From NCBI GenBank assembly GCA_951406725.2, contig OX597821.1, positions 103,726,001 to 103,790,000 of the forward strand: 64,000 nucleotides of DNA, in the 5' to 3' direction. Source of the stretch: Octopus vulgaris (Eukaryota). Shown here in pieces: positions 31,539 through 43,700 of the stretch. How positions within the stretch are numbered: the stretch's first letter is position 1; each line of letters begins with the position of its first letter. The notes under the pieces are model-generated. The model was not told the origin of the DNA, searched no databases, and saw only the letters and a list, made by a program, of their open reading frames with translations. The translations under genes and the position numbers were made by a program.

Positions 31539-31540
<2 letters not shown>
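31340..31540 (+). repeat. TA-flanked dispersed repeat, probable Penelope pLTR remnant; second copy at ~60630-60765
   Basis: CCGTCCTTGATTT..ATCGTCTATCTGGAT.TTTTGTTGT..ATGTTTTGCGTTCTT.TCCCATTTT is shared by both loci. Confidence 0.6.
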
Positions 31541-31586
<46 letters not shown>

Positions 31587-31651
31587 CGGTGTACGTACAC
31601 TTTGTTCTCTTATATGCAAGTACACATTTTACTATATATATATATATATAT

Positions 31652-32145
31652 AAAATCAGAAATTATCAACACCCGAAGGCAACAACCTAACTTTAAGAGA
31701 CACCTAACAAAAGCGAGATTTATACTTGGAGAAGAAACGACGCGAGTAACTAATTATGGAGACCCCTATTGTGGGACATGCAAATTAATTGAGCAAGGGA
31801 CAAGAAAAAAACTGAAGAATAGGAAGGAATCAGAAGTGAATACAAACATGAATTGTGAAACAAAAAAATTCATCTACTGCATCACACGCCCACAATGCAA
31901 GGAAAACTAGATTGGAGTGACAGGGAGGAAACTGAGCAGCTGTGTAAATGTGCATAAATAACAAATTAGTGATTCACCTGTTAGAAATGTACCGTGCAGT
32001 GGATATCTAGAAATACGTGCAAATGGAAAATTTAAAATATTCCCATTTTACAAAATAAACGATGAAAATATATAACTATGAATGGTAAACAAATGGTAAA
32101 CAAATTCCTTATAAGTATTCGAAATCCGAAATTTAATCGAAAATA
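31652..32145 (+). mobile_element. Penelope-like element fragment: GIY-YIG endonuclease (pseudogenised)
   Basis: RRQQPNFKRHLTKARF..GDPYCGTC..MNCETKKFIYCITRPQCKEN*IGVTGRKLSSCVNVHK*QI matches the PLE linker plus GIY-YIG (IYxIxCxxC..YIGxT..R..H). Confidence 0.85.
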
Positions 32146-32419
32146 GCCAACACTCCATAAAATAAACAGTAGTAAAAGAATATTTAGAACTCAAACCAAA
32201 AGTCTGAAAATAAACACTGTCAATATCACAAAAATAACAATTTCCTTTTTAAGAGCACGTCTGTTCGAAAAAGTTTAACGAAAGCGCTCACACTCTAGAG
32301 CAAAACTTCTCCCCAAAGGTTAGTAACATAATTTCGTAACATATTTTTAATATTTCTCTTAAAAATCGCCTTTACACTTCTAAACTGTATTAAGTAATTC
32401 TCGTAGACTTTCCATGATA

Positions 32420-32600
32420 GATCGTTTGCTACTACACGCATTTTTTTCTCTCCTTGTTTTTTTCTGTGTATCTTTCTGTCGAAGAGCGTAGGCTCGAACG
32501 TAAAAGACTTTTTCTATTCCTGAGCGCTATACTAATACATTTGTTTGTTTGTACTCCACCTGCCTTCGTCTTTTGTTGATTTTCGTAAACTTTCCCTTTA
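32420..32600 (+). mobile_element. Penelope pLTR-like segment with degenerate hammerhead (32471-32507); paralog at 60995-61168
   Basis: TCTTT CTGTCGA A GAGC-GTAG-GCTC GAACGTA AAAGA, lying downstream of the GIY-YIG fragment. Confidence 0.7.
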
Positions 32601-32783
32601 GCCATATTGAGATGGAAAGTATACCTCACATATATATAAATATATATATATATATATATCTCTCAAGAATATGTCTGGCTTCCTATTCGCACTGAATCAT
32701 AAAATCCCACAGGGTCTTTGCATTATCCTTTTCGATGATGCCTTCAGGTTTGTGGTCATACCAATTTTTTTCTCTATCAAGTC

Positions 32784-32832
<49 letters not shown>

Positions 32833-33386
32833 GAGTGAGAGAGCAGTTCATGCCATCAAAGTGACACTGGGGTAAAATATACGAAGCCCAATATACCCAT
32901 CATGACTACCCGTCTGATAAGGGCATACCAGGCACATGCATCACAACCATATGTGCGCGGCATGGTGATCTCATATCAAGATAAACTGCACATGACCTTG
33001 CAGGTGGGGCCCAGTTAGAATTTTCTTCAGGTTGAGTAGCCCATCCCGCTCAAACGGTCCCTGAATAAGGGTTGTTTAAGGATGTTGAAAAACCCACCCA
33101 TGTCTCCAGAGGTGAATTATTCAAACCCCAAAGAATCCCTCTCAACACATGGCTATGATGCTCCCCCACTACTTCTGTTCGTGATCAGAGATGCACATAT
33201 CGTCAGCCACTAAGGGACATGCTCAACTGGTTAAAGTCAAACAACTGACAAGCAAATCTGTGGTATTGAGCAGAATATTTGCTGTAGCCCATCTTTTATA
33301 CCAAGACAGAACAATGTACATGATAACACTCCCAATCAGTTAAGATCAGAAGCCATGAGAGCCTCTGCCTGGTACTGCATCAGGGC

Positions 33387-33388
<2 letters not shown>
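32833..33388. mobile_element. Family C element, full length, in (ATT)n
   Basis: Collinear with 30380-30938; (ATT)n on both sides. Confidence 0.9.
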
Positions 33389-33450
<62 letters not shown>

Positions 33451-33453
<3 letters not shown>

Positions 33454-33723
33454 TAGTTTTATTTTTATAGCGTGCTTTCACTTCACTACCGAGCGTATGT
33501 ACTGTGGTTTGCTGTGATGATATTATGGTTACTGTATTGAAAATGTTTTGCGTAGGATGTGTGCAGTGCCCAGTAGTGCAATTTTCTGTATGCTATATAT
33601 ATTTGTAAGTCCTGGTGTTTTGGTTATGTATTTGTCTGAATATTTTTCATCATATCTAATGCGCCTACTATGATAGGAATTGTTTCTGTTTTTAGATTCC
33701 ACATTCGAGTTACCTCTATTTCC
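33451..33723 (-). mobile_element. R4/Dong-type LINE 3' end (same family as 2564-3330)
   Basis: KYSDKYITKTPGLTNIYSIQKIALLGTAHILRKTFSIQ*; same CAGTAGTTTTATTTT terminus at (ATT)n. Confidence 0.9.
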
Positions 33724-33734
33724 TATTATTATTA

Positions 33735-33774
<40 letters not shown>

Positions 33775-33811
33775 TATTATTATTATTATCATCATCATCA
33801 TCATCATCATC

Positions 33812-33847
<36 letters not shown>

Positions 33848-33851
33848 GTCA

Positions 33852-34479
33852 TTTACTTTTAATCTGCATGTTTGATGCAATCACTTGCCGGGGCACACCC
33901 AGCGCCCTAGGGCAAGTGAAGGTTAAGAGTTGTTGAAATATAGCTGAAAGCTTGGGGAGGGAAGTAGAGAAATATCTCCATGTAATACAAACACAAACAT
34001 TTACATTGATAGGGTTTTTCTAAGGATGTGGGCAGTACTTGTTAGCACAATCTTTTGGATTTCCTTGAGACATGGTTCTCCAGGGATATTGTCTAGGTGT
34101 TTCTGACATCCCTTTTTTATCATACCTAGGGCACCTACAATAACAGGAACAGTTTTTGTTTTAAGATTCCACATCTTTTGTATTTCGATTTCCAGGTCCT
34201 CATATTTACTAAGTTTGTCAAATTCCTTTACAGATACATTTTTATCAGTGGGGACGCTTTTAGTCTGCAGGTATTTTCTTCCCTGTCTTTAACAATTATG
34301 TCTGGTCGATTAGCCTTGATCGTTCTGTCAGTGTTGACTGGAAAATCCCAGAGGATGGTGACATCTTTACCTTCAACAACTGGCTGAGGATGGTGTTCAT
34401 ACCAGTTAGCAGGAGTGTCGAATTTGTAGTGTTTACATATCTTCCAATGTATATACTGTCCTACCCTATCGTGGCGATT
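33852..34479 (-). mobile_element. R4/Dong-type LINE 3' part (third subfamily)
   Basis: NRHDRVGQYIHWKICKHY..WYEHHPQPVVEGKDVTILWDFPVNTDRTIKANRPDIIVKD (PD..D RLE), then KYEDLEIEIQKMWNLKT; bounded by (TAA)n. Confidence 0.9.
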
Positions 34480-34505
34480 TATTATTATAATTATTATTAT
34501 TATTA

Positions 34506-34551
<46 letters not shown>

Positions 34552-34559
34552 TATTATTA

Positions 34560-34635
<76 letters not shown>

Positions 34636-35366
34636 TATTATTATTGCTGGTGTTGTTGTTATTAACAAACGCCGATAGGTTTTGTTTGTTTTGAAGTAGC
34701 ATGTCGTGTATCTTGTTTACATGTTTTTGATATTTTTATAACAATGTCTTTTCGCGATGTTTTGATCCGTTCATGTTGCAGCGTTAATACAAATGTCTTC
34801 TTGTAATTGCATAGTAATGCACCAGACAACAACACCGATTTAATAATGTTATTGTGTGTGTTGCTTTTGTTGCTACTGCTGTCGTTAGTATTAGTGTTGT
34901 TGATAATTTTATTTAGCCCCTGGTCAGGCTTTATCGAAAAAACAACGCGTGAATGACAAAAAAAGAAAGATAATAAAACGAGAGAAAAGAAAATTCAAGT
35001 AAAGGTATGACCAAAGATTTACAACTCCCTGATACACTTGTCCTCTTTTCCGCCATATTATCTAAAGTGGCTCTTCATTTTCTATTTTCTTTGTCTTTTT
35101 TGTTTATTAATACAAGATTTGAAGAAGATTAAACTGCTATTTCTAGAGGATTGGAAGGGTGTACATTTAAGAAACCCCTTCTCGCTCAATTATTCTCGTT
35201 GGCACAGTTGTTAGCGTTGGATAAAATGCGTTCCTGTAATCAATCCGCGTCTTTCAAATCTAGCAAAGATAACAAAAAAGGCTTTCCTCATTCTTTCAAG
35301 GGCTTATCCTGCTCCCACCCTCTTCAGGAGAAATCCGCCACTTTCAGTCTTAGGGACAGATAATGC

Positions 35367-35466
<100 letters not shown>

Positions 35467-35764
35467 GACGCATAGTACAAGTAAGGAGACTCAGAACTAA
35501 TATAACACGAGTTCATTATGAGTTACAATTGTTGCTGTACGAGTCTGTCTCAAAAGCTATTGCAAGTACAAGATTCCATGTGAAATTCAAGCAATATGTG
35601 TGGTTGGTTATATCGGTGTGGCCCTTTAAGTCATGTCATGCGTTCAAACATTGTTCGACAAACATGCATTTCATGCTGGTTATATAAGAGAGGAAACTTG
35701 GCAACGATACAAAAATAATAATTAAAACGATGTTGAAAACCGATAAAGACAAAACTACAATAAT

Positions 35765-36120
35765 CGTTTCTACTGCAGACACAAAGCCTGAAATTTTTGG
35801 GAAAATGTGTCAGGCGATTACATCAAATCGAATGCTCGACTGGTACTATATTTATCGGCCCCCAATGGAGTGAATAGTAGAGTCGACCCCAGCGGCACTT
35901 GAACTCAGAACGTAAAAACGGTAAGACTGCAACTAAGTATTTTGTCCAGCGGGCTAACGGTTCTACCTGTTAGTTTCCTTGAATATAACGATTGTTTATA
36001 CTTTAAGTACAAGGCCTTGAAATTTTTTTGAGGGAAGGGGGCGAGCCATTTACATCAATCCCTATGCGTAACTGGTACATATTTCATCGTGCTAACGTTT
36101 CTACCAGCTCACCGTCTTAT
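35765..36120 (-). mobile_element. Two diverged SINE family B pieces
   Basis: CTGGTACTATATTTATCGGCCCC..AGTCGACCCCAGCGGCACTTGAACTCAGAACGT; GCTAACGTTTCTACCAGCTCACCG. Confidence 0.75.
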
Positions 36121-36438
36121 TTACAATTATAATAATGTGAACAAACAATACAAATCCACAGTAGCGCACACACGTCTAGATATACGCCATATTGCCAAAG
36201 ACACGCGATATGTGATCAAAGCCCCGTTGGCGCTCTTTTAGAAGAACTCTCTTGAAAGAACGTAAGATTCAGTTATAGATGGAGAGTCAACACAACCATT
36301 AGAGCGTCGAATAGATAACCTTGCGGTTTTTATAACGAATCTCTTCGCTGAAGTCAGCCACGCGTTTCATTTTTTTAAGGGCCGGTAAATAAAGCATCAG
36401 TGCTGGAATCCTTTATTTTCCTTTTGGTTCCTTCCTTC

Positions 36439-36479
<41 letters not shown>

Positions 36480-36857
36480 TTTTTCTTTCTTTCTTCCATT
36501 CTTTCCCCTTGGAAGAAATCGGTAGTATGTAGAGCTAAAGGATATGGATTCCTCCAGGTTTTGGTGTCTAAGATACGCGGCATCTCTAGACGGCTTCCTA
36601 ACACGCCATCGGGAACTGAGGTTCCGAAGAATAAAGAAAGAAAAAACCAGAAAAAAAAGAAAACGGCGCGCTGTTATAAATGAGAAGGAGTCACAAAGGA
36701 ATATTTCCACAACACGCAGAGAAAGGAACAAGCATCAACAGATATTTTTTTTATTTGAAAACGGCAGATGAAATTTTCTCTGAGTCTCACATGTTCAATA
36801 TATATGATCATTCATACAAATATGCTTGTGTGTGTATATGTATGTATATATGTATAC

Positions 36858-37300
36858 ACATACATACATACATACATACATACATACATACATACATACA
36901 TACATACATACATACATACATACATACAAACATACATACATACATGTATTCATACATACATACATACATACATACATACAAACATACATACATACAAACA
37001 TACATACATACATACATACATACATACATACATACAAACATACATACATACAAACATACATACATACATACATACATACATACATACATACATACATACA
37101 TACAAACATACATACATACAAACATACATACATACATACATACATACATACATACATACATACATACATACATACAAACATACATACATACATACATACA
37201 AACATACATACATACATACATACATACATACATACATACATACATACATACATACAAACATACATACATACATACATACAAAAATACATACATACATGCA
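36858..37300. repeat. (TACA)n array with interspersed AACA variants
   Basis: Directly visible, ~440 bp. Confidence 0.97.
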
Positions 37301-38023
37301 TATATTCTGATGAAGGTGAACAAGCCGAGTCTACAAGTGATTGATATCCTTGTTTGTAAAAAGTAGTATGTATTGGTGTCTATTTGTGTGATATGGCTGT
37401 GTGTTTATGTGTGTCTGTATTTTATAAATCTATTTTAAATGAGTGTATATTATGTATATATTATCAATGAATAGGTGCTATACATTATGTAGGAGAAAGA
37501 CAACAACACCTGAATATTGTAAAGGAAAACAGAAGCTCATCTATTATGGCCATATTCAAAGATACTGAGATTTTGAAAGAGTAGAAGATAACTGATCATG
37601 ATGTTGACAAAGAACGTAATAGATGGACAATATCAAAAGCTGGCTTACCAAGAGTGGCTGGGCAGGTGGAAAAAAGTAGCACTTTATCGAGAAGCCATTC
37701 GTTGTAGTGGCACCAATACGCTAGAGGTGTACGATACATCACGATGACGGCAATATTATACGAGTGTGTGTGTGTGTATTTGTGTGTGTCTGCGTATTTT
37801 TGTGTGTGTGCGGCGTGCGTGTATGTTTGTAGACGTAAGGTTAAATTCAATAACGCTCTTGAGGCCAGTTGTCTCAACGTACGCATTGCCGAGGCATACC
37901 AGCCAATGGTTCATACACTCTTTGTATATAGTCATAAACTGGCGATTCCGTTCTGCTCCCTGTACGATTCATGTATGCGATATTGATTAGCGACAAAAAA
38001 ATGGCGAAATATCGGTGCCAATC

Positions 38024-38152
38024 ACTCCTGCATGGTGTTACGGGTGAGTTATCTCGCCTGTCTGTGACCTTCAGGTCTTCTAACACTAGGGAGTCGTCCC
38101 GAAAGCGCTGTGCGCAGCGCTCCGGTGAACAAGCGAATCACATGCAATGAGT
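38024..38152 (+). ncRNA. Candidate multi-stem structured RNA, class unknown
   Basis: Seven nested helices read by eye, with G-U pairs favouring the + strand (see findings). No family recognised. Confidence 0.35.
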
Positions 38153-38282
38153 ACGTGCGGTCGATAATATATACATATGTGTGTTTGTGTGTGTGTGTGC
38201 ATATATATGTATATAATATATGCATATATACATATATATATACATATATATATGCATATATATATATATATATGTGTGTATG

Positions 38283-38468
38283 TGAGACCACGTGTGTACC
38301 GTTGTCGATTTTTTCCCTCCGTCTTTCCTTCTCTGGATCTTTCCTTTCCCTATGTTTCTGACGAAGAGCTCCGCTTCTCCCTTTCCTTCCTGAGCGTCCA
38401 ATAATACTATATTTGTTCCACGTCCTCGCGTTGTTGTGGTTTCTCTTGGTGTTTTTATGTTTGGATTA

Positions 38469-38473
<5 letters not shown>
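38283..38473 (+). mobile_element. pLTR-like repeat with truncated hammerhead (CTGACGA at 38358); opposite-strand paralog at 61215-61414
   Basis: TTT CTGACGA A GAGC TCC GCT followed by a deletion relative to the 61.3-kb copy; shared flanks TGAGCG.CCAATAA.ACT..TTGTTCCACGTCC. Confidence 0.7.
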
Positions 38474-38529
<56 letters not shown>

Positions 38530-38602
38530 ACAAACAATACAACACCACAGGAGCGCGCACACACATACGTATTTATATACGCCATATTGCCAAAGACACG
38601 CG

Positions 38603-38672
<70 letters not shown>

Positions 38673-38677
38673 GTTTT

Positions 38678-38903
38678 TTATTACCCACAAGGGGCTACAC
38701 ATAGAGGGGACAAACAAGGACAGACAAACGAATTAAGTCGATTACATCGACCCCAGTGCGTAACTGGTACTTAATTTATCGACCCCGAAAGGATGAAAGG
38801 CAAAGTCGACCTCGGCGGAATTTGAACTCAGAACGTAGCAGCAGACGAAATACGGCTACGCATTTTGCCCAGCGTGCTAACGTTTCTGCCAGCTCGCCGC
38901 CTT
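38678..38903 (-). mobile_element. SINE family B, full length, low divergence
   Basis: Closely matches the reverse complement of 41026-41260 and 56617-56853. Confidence 0.93.
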
Positions 38904-40061
38904 ATATGTATGTATATATGTAAACACACACACATCGATATTAGACAGAAAAGAAAACGCACTTTGCAAGTCAATGAAAGTATCAAATTTTAACAAAACA
39001 TAAACTGCAGCAGTAACATCAATAGAAGGATTAAGATTAAATTCGAAAGGGAGTATTAGTCTCAAGACTTGATCGAACTTTCGTATTATTGATTTCTAAT
39101 TTACGCTCAGGGCTCCTTATCTATTTATTTATTTATTCATTTATTATTTTTGTTTCTGAGTTGAATTCAGGGAACACTCTATCCAATATCGATTCCAGTA
39201 ATGGCTTTAATTTATTTTATTAACCCCGACGGAAGCATAAAAGGAAAATTCCGATATTAGCGCGATTCGAACTCAGATCGTAAAGAAATGCCAGTAAATA
39301 CCACAAGGTGGTATTTTTTCTCCAACGTTCTTTTGATTCTGATAATATTTCTCTTTGATAATGGTTACAATTTCGAATATAAAACCGGCAACTTTGAGAG
39401 GAGGAGCAGTCAAAAATATTGATCCTATTATACGACTACTTCTCCAATCCATCTGTTCGGCAGGGATGAAAATCAAAATTGGTCTCGGCGGGAATTGAAC
39501 GCTGAACGAAAAGAGCCAGAACAAATACCCCAAAACAGTCCCCCCACCCTCGATGCTCTAACAATTTCACCAACCCACCATTCTATATCACTTTGGTAAT
39601 GTTGATCGCCTGGATCTCAACAAGCCTCAAAATTAATTGTTGGCTTTGGCTATATTGGATTAAAACCGATCCCTGTATTTATTTGTTATTTTATTTTATT
39701 GTTGTTAGGATGAGAAGTACATTTGAACTCAGAAAGTAATGGCCCGTGTCTAAACACGGATATGAATATGAATGATTGTTTCTTTGTTAGATGTTCTAAC
39801 TTTTCTGCTATTCTACAACGCGGCCATCTTTATAAGATTTCTATCATAAACCCAAAGCTTGTTAGAAATTTCAGGGAGAGACCACTTAATTAAATCGATA
39901 CCAATACTTCATTGGTACTTCATTCTATTGATCCCAGGAGGCCGAGGGGCAAAGATGATCTTCGTCGGAGTCAAACTCTGAATGCGCTAAGCGTTTTTAT
40001 TCGATGTATAACAGTACTGCTAGTCAACAACATAATCGCTCTTACAATATGCCTTACCAAT

Positions 40062-40470
40062 AGGCGCAGGAGTGGCTGTGTGGTAAGTAGCTTGTTAACA
40101 ACCCACACGGTTCCGGGTTCAGTCCTACTGCGTGGCACCTTAGGCAAACGCCTTCTACTATTGCGTCGGGCCGACCAAAGCTTTTTGAGTGGATTTGGCA
40201 GATGGAAACTGAAAGAAGCCTGTCGTATACATATATATATGTGTGTGTGTGTGTTTGTGTGTCTGTGTTTGTCCCCCACCATCGCTTGACAACCGATGCT
40301 AGTGTGTTTATGTCACCGCAACTTAGCAGTTCGGCAAATGGAAATTGATAGAATAAGTACTAGGCTTACAAAGAATAAGTCCTGGGGTCGATTTTCTCGA
40401 CTAAAGGCGGTGCTCCAGCATGGCTGCAGTCAAATGACTGAAATAAGTAAAAGGATAATAGAATAAAAGA
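40062..40470 (+). mobile_element. SINE family A, full length (tRNA head, conserved core, internal TA/TG microsatellite, 3' tail)
   Basis: A box TGGCTGTGTGG, B box GGTTCAGTCC, core GGGCCGACCAAAGC..GAGTGGATTTGG.AGA.GGAAACTGAAAGAAGCC, tail GTGCTCCAGCATGGCTGCAGTCAAATGACTGAAA. Confidence 0.92.
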
Positions 40471-40797
40471 ACATGGACATGACCTACAGGGATGGAGGGC
40501 AATTGGATTACAGCTATCCCGGTACTTGACTAGTCATCCATTTTATTGTCCCCGGAGTGTTGAATTGTAAAGTTGGCCTCGGCAGGAGTTTAACTAAAAA
40601 CACAACATATTTCCCAAATGGATATATAAAAGCGCCAAACTGCTATAACCTTAAACATTAAATTTCGATTAACAGAAGTTTTAATCTTCTTCATGATACT
40701 TGGATAAAACCACTAACTCTTGCAATAAATGAATTATAGGATATGTGACCCTAGTTTATTCTTGGCTTCTCAGAGCATTAACATTAAAGAAAACAAA

Positions 40798-43700
40798 GGT
40801 GGTAAGATGGCAGAGTCGTTAGCAAGTCGGACAAAATGCTTAGAGGTATTTCGCCCGTCTTTACGTTCTGAGTTCAAATCCCGCCGCCGTGGTCGACTTT
40901 GCTGTTCATCCTTTCGGAACCGATAAATTAACAGTTGCGTACTGGGGTCGATCTAATTGACTGGTCCCCTCCCACAAAATTTCGGGCCTTGTGCCTAGAG
41001 TAGAAAAAATTATTAAAGAAAACAAAGGCGGTGAGCTGGCAGAAACTTTAACACGTCGGGCGAAATGCTTAGCGGTATTTCGCCTGTCGTTACGTTATGA
41101 GTTCAAATTCCGCCTAGGTCGACTTTGCCTTTCATCCTTTCGGGGTCGATAAATTAAGTACCAGTTACGCACTGGGGTCGATGTAATCGACTTAATGCCT
41201 ATGTCTGTCCTTGTTTGTCCCTTCTGTGTTTAGCCCCTTGTGGGTAATAAAGAAATAGGTAAGCTGACAGAATGGTTAGCACGCCGGGCAAAATGCTTAG
41301 AGGCATTTCATCCGTCTTTACGTTCTGAGTTCAAATTCCACCGAGATCGATTCCCTTTCGGGGTCGGGGTTGATATAATCGACTTACGCGCTTTCCCGAA
41401 CATGCTATCCTTGTTCCAAAATGCGAAACCAATATTAACTGAAACAAAACACTTTGTTCCGTGTGCTAAACATTGTGCAAGCTAGCCGCCCTTAACCACT
41501 TCATAATATTGGTTTCAAATACTGGCATAAGGCCAGCAATTTCGAAGGAGGGGATACGTCGAGTACATAGATATAAGTGTTCAACTTGTACTTATTTTAT
41601 CGACCCCGAAATCACGAAAAGTAAAACCGACCCCGGCAGAATTTGAACTCACATCGTAAAGTTGGAAGAAATGCCGCTAACGATTCTGCCCACTCAACAA
41701 CACGCACTTTATAATATTGGTTTCTGATTTAGATAAACGCCTGTAATTTTTAGGGTGACTGTCGTTCTCAACACGGATCCTTATCGTTTCTATCTTCCCA
41801 TCGTTTTTCGATCACAATCACATTAAATTTTTGCATTAGCCTCAAAGCAAAACCTAAGAGAAGAAAGCATATCCTAATGAATCGACACATTATATTACTG
41901 GTACTTGACGTGATATAACTCAGAACCTAGAAAACATCTAAGTGTTGTTATGCAGTTTCGTCTTACATCAACCATTTTTGTTGTAATACAAATAATAATT
42001 ATTTCAAATTTTGACACAAAAACACTAATTTTAGGGTGGGTGTTGATCGATTATATCGATCCTAGTTTGGATTGGTACCTTATTTTATCGACCCCGGAAG
42101 AATAAGAAGCAAAGTTAACCTTGGCAGGATTTGAACTTAGAAAGTAAAAGAGTCGGAAGAAATTCTGTTAACTATTTTGAGCGACATTCTAACCATTCTG
42201 TTAGCCAACCGCCTTTGCATTGCTAATAAAAATTCTTTTTGTTATAGGTACTGCGCCTGAAATTTGGCGGGAAGGAGTTAGTCGATTACATTGACCCCTG
42301 AACTTAATTGCTACTGTATTTTAACGACGCTGAAAGAGATGAAATTCAAAGTCAACCACGGTGGAATTTGAACTCAGAACGTAAATGATCGGAAGAGATG
42401 AAGTACTGATAATCATTTATACTCTAGGTACAAGGTCTTGAAATTTTTTTCGGTAAGTGGGCTAGTCGATTATATCGACTCCAGTGCGTAACTGGTACTT
42501 ATTTCATCGACCTGGGAAGGATGAAAGGCAAATTCGATCTCAGCGGAATTTGAACCCAGAATGTAGCGGCGAACGGAATACAGCTAAGCACTTCGACCGG
42601 CGTGCTAACGATTTTGCCAGCTCGCCGCGTTAGATGCAATACTAATAATACAGAATTTTAAACCAAGCAAAAGATTCATATTTCTGGGCCGGGGGTAATG
42701 GATAAAGCACTTGGTACAAGCACCCTTCATACTTGAATATGATTTATTACTTTACCATTCTTAAAGACAATCGTTAAATTTTTGTGGTCTACGTTATGAT
42801 TGATAAAATCATGATTGAAAATAAAGATTAATTTCAAACTCTTTCATCAGTTTCTACTGGGAAAAAGCTTACATAAAAAAACTTTTGAAACTACTTTAAG
42901 CAAGTTGATGGAATGGATTGAACCAATTAAATCATGTCTCAAAAATGAGATCTATTTATATTTATTCCCTTATTTTTTTCATTAGTTACTAGGTTCAAAG
43001 GAAGCGGAAGTACCCATTGTATGTGCAAGCCCTCTAAGACTAATGTGATTAATATTGTTAATGGTTCATTGACACCCTTACAAGGCAACACCTGTAGAAA
43101 ATCAAGAGCAGAGCGAACATTCTCCAATGGTGAGTTACCTTATTCTTGATCTTACTAATCGCGAGAAGGACCAAAACCAAAGTCGATATTATTATTAAAA
43201 TGTTTAAATTCAGAACGTAAAGTGATGTTATCACTACGTTATAATTTCGTCTTTGCCTTTCATCATTTCGGAGTCGAAAAATTAGGAACCAATTGCGTTC
43301 TGGTGTCAATCTAATCGACAGGCCCTCTCCACAAAAATTTCGGGCCTTGTGCCTAGAGTAGAAAATAATATAATTTCTAATAATGGTTACTAATTTAGGC
43401 ACAAGATCGGTAGTTTTCAGGGAAGGAGCTTTGTTAATATCATCGCCCTTAATACTTCAATGGATTTTTTTCGTTTTTTATTTTTTTTATTTATTAAATC
43501 TTTGTTTTATCTACCCCGAAAAGATGAAAAGCAAAGTTGACCCCAAGTTGATTCCAGAGAGATCTGAACACCAGGAAGTTCATAACTAGACGTTATGTAA
43601 TCAAACATGGAAATATGGAAAGTATAGTTTACCATGGCGAGATTTGAACTCGAAACATGAAAATCCAAAACTAATCATTTCGTAAGATCACCTCTATATA

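Noticed and set aside
36660-36690. GGCGCGC followed by TATAAAT as a core promoter; scattered CCAAT, YY1, ETS and forkhead-like words elsewhere
   Set aside because: Short motifs expected by chance, with no linked gene.
36858-37300. Regularly interrupted array as CRISPR-like or coding repeat
   Set aside because: Tetranucleotide microsatellite with single-base variants; no unique spacers; eukaryotic context.
37598-37747. Short non-repetitive open frame (MMLTKNVIDGQYQKLAYQEWLGRWKKVALYREAIRC..)
   Set aside because: About 50 codons, no recognisable homology and no convincing splice sites.
38079-38135. Resemblance to twister (CTAACACT..CCGGT..AAGC) or HDV-like (GCGAA) ribozymes
   Set aside because: The required pseudoknot pairings could not be completed, so it is kept only as an unclassified fold.
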